A stretch of 64,000 nucleotides of DNA from NCBI GenBank assembly GCA_028534125.1, contig CM052827.1, positions 34,410,001 to 34,474,000 on the forward strand, given 5' to 3'. The translations under genes were made by a program, and so were the position numbers. Shown one piece after another: positions 49,273 through 64,000 of the stretch. Under the pieces are notes generated by a model, which was given only the letters and a program-made list of their open reading frames with translations, was not told the origin of the DNA and made no database searches. The stretch comes from Lama glama. Its lineage: Eukaryota. How positions within the stretch are numbered: the first letter of the stretch is position 1; the number at the start of each line of letters is the position of its first letter.

Positions 49273-51680
49273 TCACTCCACATCCATGGCCTGCACCGTT
49301 TCCTCCAAGAGCTCCAGGGTCAGTGGCATCACTGTTTCGGACAGGACGGCTGTGGTCCCAGGGACAAAGCGGTACTGGCTGGACCTGGGAAGGAGAAGGG
49401 ATGACCTCGCAACATGGGCCCATCACGTGGCCCATCCTCTCTTTGCAGCCCCCTATCTCCCTTGCTACCACCCCATCCTCCCCTGTGGTCCCCCGTCTCC
49501 ATGCTCCTACCTTTCTATGGGCTTTGTGGGAGAGCTCAGTGTTCTCAGCAGCTTGGCACCAGTCCCCGTGATCACACATGCATCCACACTGCCCCCAGAG
49601 CCCAGGTCACCCAGGATCCCTGCAGTGATGGCTTCCACTAGCAGCCCCTGTGCTGCCTCCAGCTGTAATGATGTGTGTGTATATGAAGCTGGGTGGACCC
49701 TTCTGGTATCACCCTCAGGCTACAACCTTGAGACTTTGTTAATCTTTAAGCCTGGACTACTTACCATTTGCTCACACCCAAACCCTTCTCTTCCCCTACA
49801 CCCCCGTCTCCACCCCAAGCTCCTCTTTCTTTGTTTTAGGTTTCCTTCTCTCCAGAGACCCTGTGTTCCCACTGCCCCCCATCTTCACAAACTACTCTGA
49901 GTCACAGATATGGCTCTTGCCTGTCCACCCACCCAAGGTGGTCTTAGCCCCCGGACCCCGGCTCACTGCCTTTTTCTTTCTGGGCCTTAGACAGCTTTGA
50001 AGCAACGTCTTCTGCTTCCATCCACCACAAACAAAATCCACCAGCCCCCACCTGCTAGTCCCTCCTCCCTCAGCTCCAAATGGTTCTCTCTGACTTTCGA
50101 CTTCTGGAGTGCAGTCCAAGCTTTGGCACTGACAGTGGTCTGCTGGAGTAGCACTTCTCCACCCTCACTCCACTGGCCCCTCAGTCTCCACTTAGTCGTC
50201 ACCTCCCAGAAGCCCTTCCCGACTTCCAGACTAGGCCGGGGTACCTCTACGTTTCCCCAGCTCCCGGGGGGACTTCCCACCAATGCACGCAGAGTGGGGG
50301 GCGGGTGTCGCTCACCGTCATGTTCGGCTGGAACCGGTCCTCCAGCACTGCCAGGGCTGCGTCTTGGCCGGAGCCTGCAGGCAGGAGGGGTGTCTGAGGT
50401 TAGCCTCGGCCGCCCCGTCGCGGGACAAACGTGAGGCCAGGGTCACATGGGCGGGGTTCGTGGGGAAGGGGCGCAAGTGCTTACCCAGGGCCGTGAAGGG
50501 CAGACGGCTGTAAGAGCCATGGGGGTGCACGCTGTAGAGCTGCGGCCCTGTGAAGTCTACGCCACCCACGATCAGCGAAGCCCCGACGTAGCCACGGTAC
50601 CTTTTCGCGGAGTGGGCGCAGTCAGCCGAACGCACACGGATCCAGGTCCCGCCTCTCCACTATTCCACCCCTGAACCGAGCCCCGCCCCTTCCCGTGGTC
50701 TTGCGCCCCATGACCAGCATCGCTTCTTCCTGTTGCTCTCTTAGCTCCTCTTAGGCCCGCCTCTTCCGGTCTCCCAGACCCTCGCAGCCTGGCCCTTTTT
50801 CCTGGTTTACCTCCTCAGCCCCGCCCTCCCCGCAACTGCCCCTCCCCAGAGTCATCTTAGTCCTGCCCCAATACCGGAAGAGCGTCTGGCGAAGGATGCG
50901 CGTGACCGTGGCCACTCGGGGCTCCCTGCCCGTGGACAGCGTGTGTAACTCTATGTTGGACGCCGCCATCCGCGTGGTCATCTCGGCGTCCGCGGCTACT
51001 CCAGCCCCACAGCAGCTGAGGGTGAAGGGAGGGTCAGTATGGGCGGGGCTAGGATGTGCGGGGACTCGGGATGGGAACGATGGGGTGGTTCTTGAGTGGG
51101 GGAACCAGGCCCGGGAATTCTCACTAGATTTTGGGGGCGATGAAGTGGATCTTTTCGCAGCTCTTGTCCGCCACGACTGAATCGTCAGTGGCCCGCGTAT
51201 CCGCGCCCAGTATGACCCCGTCCTGGGGAGAGGGGCGAAGAGGAGGAGCCGTTGGCTCAGTGCCCACCTCCCATTGCCGGCCGGCCCACTAAGCCGCACA
51301 GTCCAATTCCCTGCTCACTTGGAACACAAGGCCTGCGATGGTGGTCCCGGTCTTGCGTGCATGAGGGACCCGGAGCCCCGGGAGGGCGCGTTCCAAGGAT
51401 GCGTTTCTGAAAACAGAAGAGAGTGGCCCAGGTTTCAGTTCTTCTGGGACCCCATCACATCCCTCGACTCCTTCCTGGTCTCCCTCACCTGGGGAAGGCC
51501 TGGGAATCCAAGTCGTACAACACACGTACCCTCCCCCAAACTCGCCCCAGTAATTTTAAAGGCTCTGGGACTCTCACTCCCGGATGCCCTCACAGCATTC
51601 GGGACCAACCATCCCCTAACTGACCTCTGGCAGTTACCGAAGGAGAAGCCCCCTCGGGGCTCTAGCGCCTTCTTCTGCAT
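49273..51680 (-). CDS. PSMB10: Immunoproteasome subunit beta-2i (MECL-1), 8 exons, 273 aa
   Basis: Exons 51625-51680, 51319-51406, 51125-51222, 50875-51015, 50485-50600, 50316-50374, 49511-49662, 49273-49384 total 822 nt. Propeptide junction KTG|TTIAGLVF with catalytic Thr intact. Confidence 0.96.
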
Positions 51681-51796
51681 CTCCAGGTGGGCAGGGCAGT
51701 CCAAGGGGTTGGGGGTCGATGGTCAGACGAGTGGAATCAGCACCGAGCCGGGAAGGCGGCAGCCTTGTCCTCTGGGCTCTACGTCTGATGCTTCCC

Positions 51797-51861
51797 CTTT
51801 CGCTTTCACCTTTCCTCAAAGCATGCTGGCCCCTTTCTGCACCTTCTCTTTCACTTTCACC
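51797..51861 (-). promoter_or_regulatory. Two IRF-E/ISRE elements in the PSMB10 promoter
   Basis: - strand GGAAAGGTGAAAGCGAAAG (~51797-51815) and GGTGAAAGTGAAAGA (51847-51861). Consistent with the known IFN-gamma/IRF1 induction of PSMB10. Confidence 0.85.
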
Positions 51862-53172
51862 TCTGGTCCTCGGCAGCTTGGGCTGGAGAAGATGTTGTTT
51901 GCCTGGCTCTCCCTTCCCAGCCCCGTCTGAACAGAGGGACAAATCTCTCCCTTCTGGCCATTGTCCAGACTGAGCCTTGAGCTATGCGTACCCTGACACC
52001 AGTCCTAACCTCAAGTCTCAATGCCCTAAGGCTGTCACACTGACCAGGTCTCTGTTCTCATTGTTACTGGCCTTCAAACAGCATCAGGCATGGCTGCCTT
52101 TTGTCCTTTGTCACCCACCTCCTGACTCCTGTCTCTCTTTTGTTGCCTTTGCCTTCTCCCTGAAACCTCAAACACCAAAGCTCAATCCTCAGCCAAAGTG
52201 GTGCTGACCCTTCCATCTTCCTTGTCTCAGGTGCTGTCTTCCCTCTGTCAAGAGGGGAACTGTGGCTGTCCATCTGGTGGCCCGTAGGCATGCTGAGCTC
52301 TACCCATGGCCAAGCCTTATTTCACCTCCCAAGTGACCTTTTTTTTAATCCACATCTTTCTCATTACCCCTTGTCTCAGCTGGCATACTCTCTCCCCTGG
52401 ATATTGCACTGGCCTCCCTGGCTTTCCCACAACTTTTGCCTCACATCCCCCACCCCAGGCTACACTCTACCTTTCAGAGAGGCTTTTCTAGATTGAAAAT
52501 CTGGTCACACTTTCCCTGGTTAAACCCTTCAGCAGCTGCACACTGCTCTTAGGCTCAAACCAGTCTTTACAGAGGCCCATGTTACTCATTCTCCTGGTCT
52601 CAGCATAGGCACCGCCTCCTCTGGGGGAGCCTACCCTGACCCACAAGACCCACCTCCTTGTTGCTCCACAAACTCTGTTCTCAGACTACTTAGTTCCATC
52701 AATTAAAGTTAAACCTTCAGTAGTGAAATGACTTGTTTAGTGGCTGTCACCCTCCCAGATTCTAAGTTCTTGTGCTTCTGTCACCTACCTAGCACTCAAA
52801 AGGCCTATCTAGAGGTGGGGTCTCGCCTGCCCTTTTGGGAGCTAGGAGGGACAGCTCTGATCTTCCCCATCCTGCACCCTTGGCTCCATGTAAACCTATT
52901 CCACAGCTGTGTGTGCAGCTCCTCCAGTCCTCATGCCCCTAGCAGAGGCAGGCACAAGGCAGGCTGCCTAAACAACTCAACCAGGAGAGTGGGAAGCTGT
53001 ACTGTCAAGGTGCCCTGTTCAATCCCAGGCTTTAGGAAAGCCCACCTTGTCCTGTGCTCCACAAAGCACCAGACCTGCAGCTCCTGATGAATGAATCCTG
53101 GTGTGTGGCACCTAATGCCTCCCTCTCACCCCACAATACACATGTCAGGGCTTATAGCAGCAGAGGAAGTCT

Positions 53173-56527
<3,355 letters not shown>

Positions 56528-56601
56528 TCAGTTCCGCCTTCTTCCCTTGGCGCCAGGGGAAACAGAGCCGGGGCAGCAGGAGGCCCAGAAGTAAACAATG
56601 T

Positions 56602-56607
56602 TTTATT
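56602..56607 (-). terminator. SLC12A4 poly(A) signal
   Basis: AATAAA on the - strand about 460 nt after the SLC12A4 stop and about 245 nt upstream of the LCAT ATG. Confidence 0.8.
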
Positions 56608-57067
56608 GAAAAAAGTCAGGCTTCAGCTGGCTAGCTCCATTCAGCTCGGCTTGGCGGGGGGTCCCTGCCCACAGTAGCCTGAGCCAGATCTTCCTGCAGG
56701 CAGGCTGGGCCAGACCCCTCCTTTGTTGCCCTTTCCCTCCTCTCTGTTGGTGACATCCGAACAATAAATATGCAATAAATAGTGCTCCTGGTACAGCTGC
56801 CTTCAAACCCCACGTCAGCCCCCACCAGTCTTCTCCAGCCAGGGCCAGCCTCCTGGGGTGCTGAACAGGAAAGTCCCCAAACCTCTCAGGATCCTGTAGG
56901 ACCTTGGGTCCATCTCCATTGCTAGGCCTGGGCCCAGTCTCCAAGGAGACCTAGCAAATTTGGGCCCAGGGCAGGGCTGGGCAAAGCAGGGCTGGTGGGT
57001 GGATGCTGGAAGGGGGCTGTTTGTTACCCTGGACTTCTCCACTCTAGGCCACAAGTCTGTATTGGGC

Positions 57068-63542
<6,475 letters not shown>

Positions 63543-64000
63543 CTGTGGGGGCAGCAGCATCACCACTGTAGCCCCACCTACTTCCCAAGGATGTTTGGGG
63601 CGGCAAAGCCAGAGGCTACAAGGCTCTGGGGGTTCAGTGGGGCAACTTCAGCACAATGGCTATGGTGTCAGCCACAGGGCTGCCCTGGCCAGGGGGATGG
63701 AGCTCTTTGGTGAGAAGTCTGACAGGCAGAGATGGCTGAACCACCATCAGCCAGAGCCCCACCACTGCCTGCCTCCTAGACAAAGGCCCTTTATGGCTCC
63801 TATGAGAACAATCCCAGGCAGGGTCAGGGGATGGTGGCTGGGGAGAGAGGGGCTGCCAGAACTTTCTGGGGACTGCTGCGGGCCTGGGACATGGGCCAAA
63901 CAGGCTCCATTCACCCAAAACCTAGCTGCCAGGAGCCAGGCTGAGAGGACACTGCTGGGCCGGGAAGGCAGCCAGACCTGCCCCCCATTCCTGAGCTGGC

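Noticed and set aside
49205-49900. 231-aa plus-strand ORF antisense to PSMB10 exons 7-8 (and antisense ORFs over PSKH1, EDC4 and LCAT exons)
   Set aside because: Shadow ORFs arising from codon bias of the real genes on the opposite strand.

Overview
Mammalian (not prokaryotic) genomic DNA, syntenic with human 16q22.1. Two tRNA-derived SINEs of the camelid Vic-1 type suggest a camel or alpaca. Gene order on the + strand: NUTF2 (3' part; last exon in an N gap), EDC4 (29 coding exons, 1402 aa), NRN1L (172 aa), PSKH1 (424 aa). These converge on a - strand train: SLC12A4/KCC1 (last 16 exons), LCAT (exon 2 partly in a gap), PSMB10 (273 aa), CTRL. Most notable: (1) CTRL is a multiply disabled unitary pseudogene (truncated exon 1, nonsense codon, frameshifts, catalytic His to Tyr) among intact neighbours. 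(2) There are four U12-type (minor spliceosome) introns, two in EDC4 and two in SLC12A4. (3) The PSKH1 leader carries three uORFs, including a spliced poly-Ala/Arg-rich uORF and one whose stop overlaps the main AUG (UGAUG). (4) EDC4 intron 17 holds a candidate in-frame 93-nt cassette exon resembling a decayed copy of exon 18 and containing adjacent forkhead and CRE motifs. Gene identities and comparisons with human proteins are from memory, not database searches. I found no evidence of a wholly new gene system.
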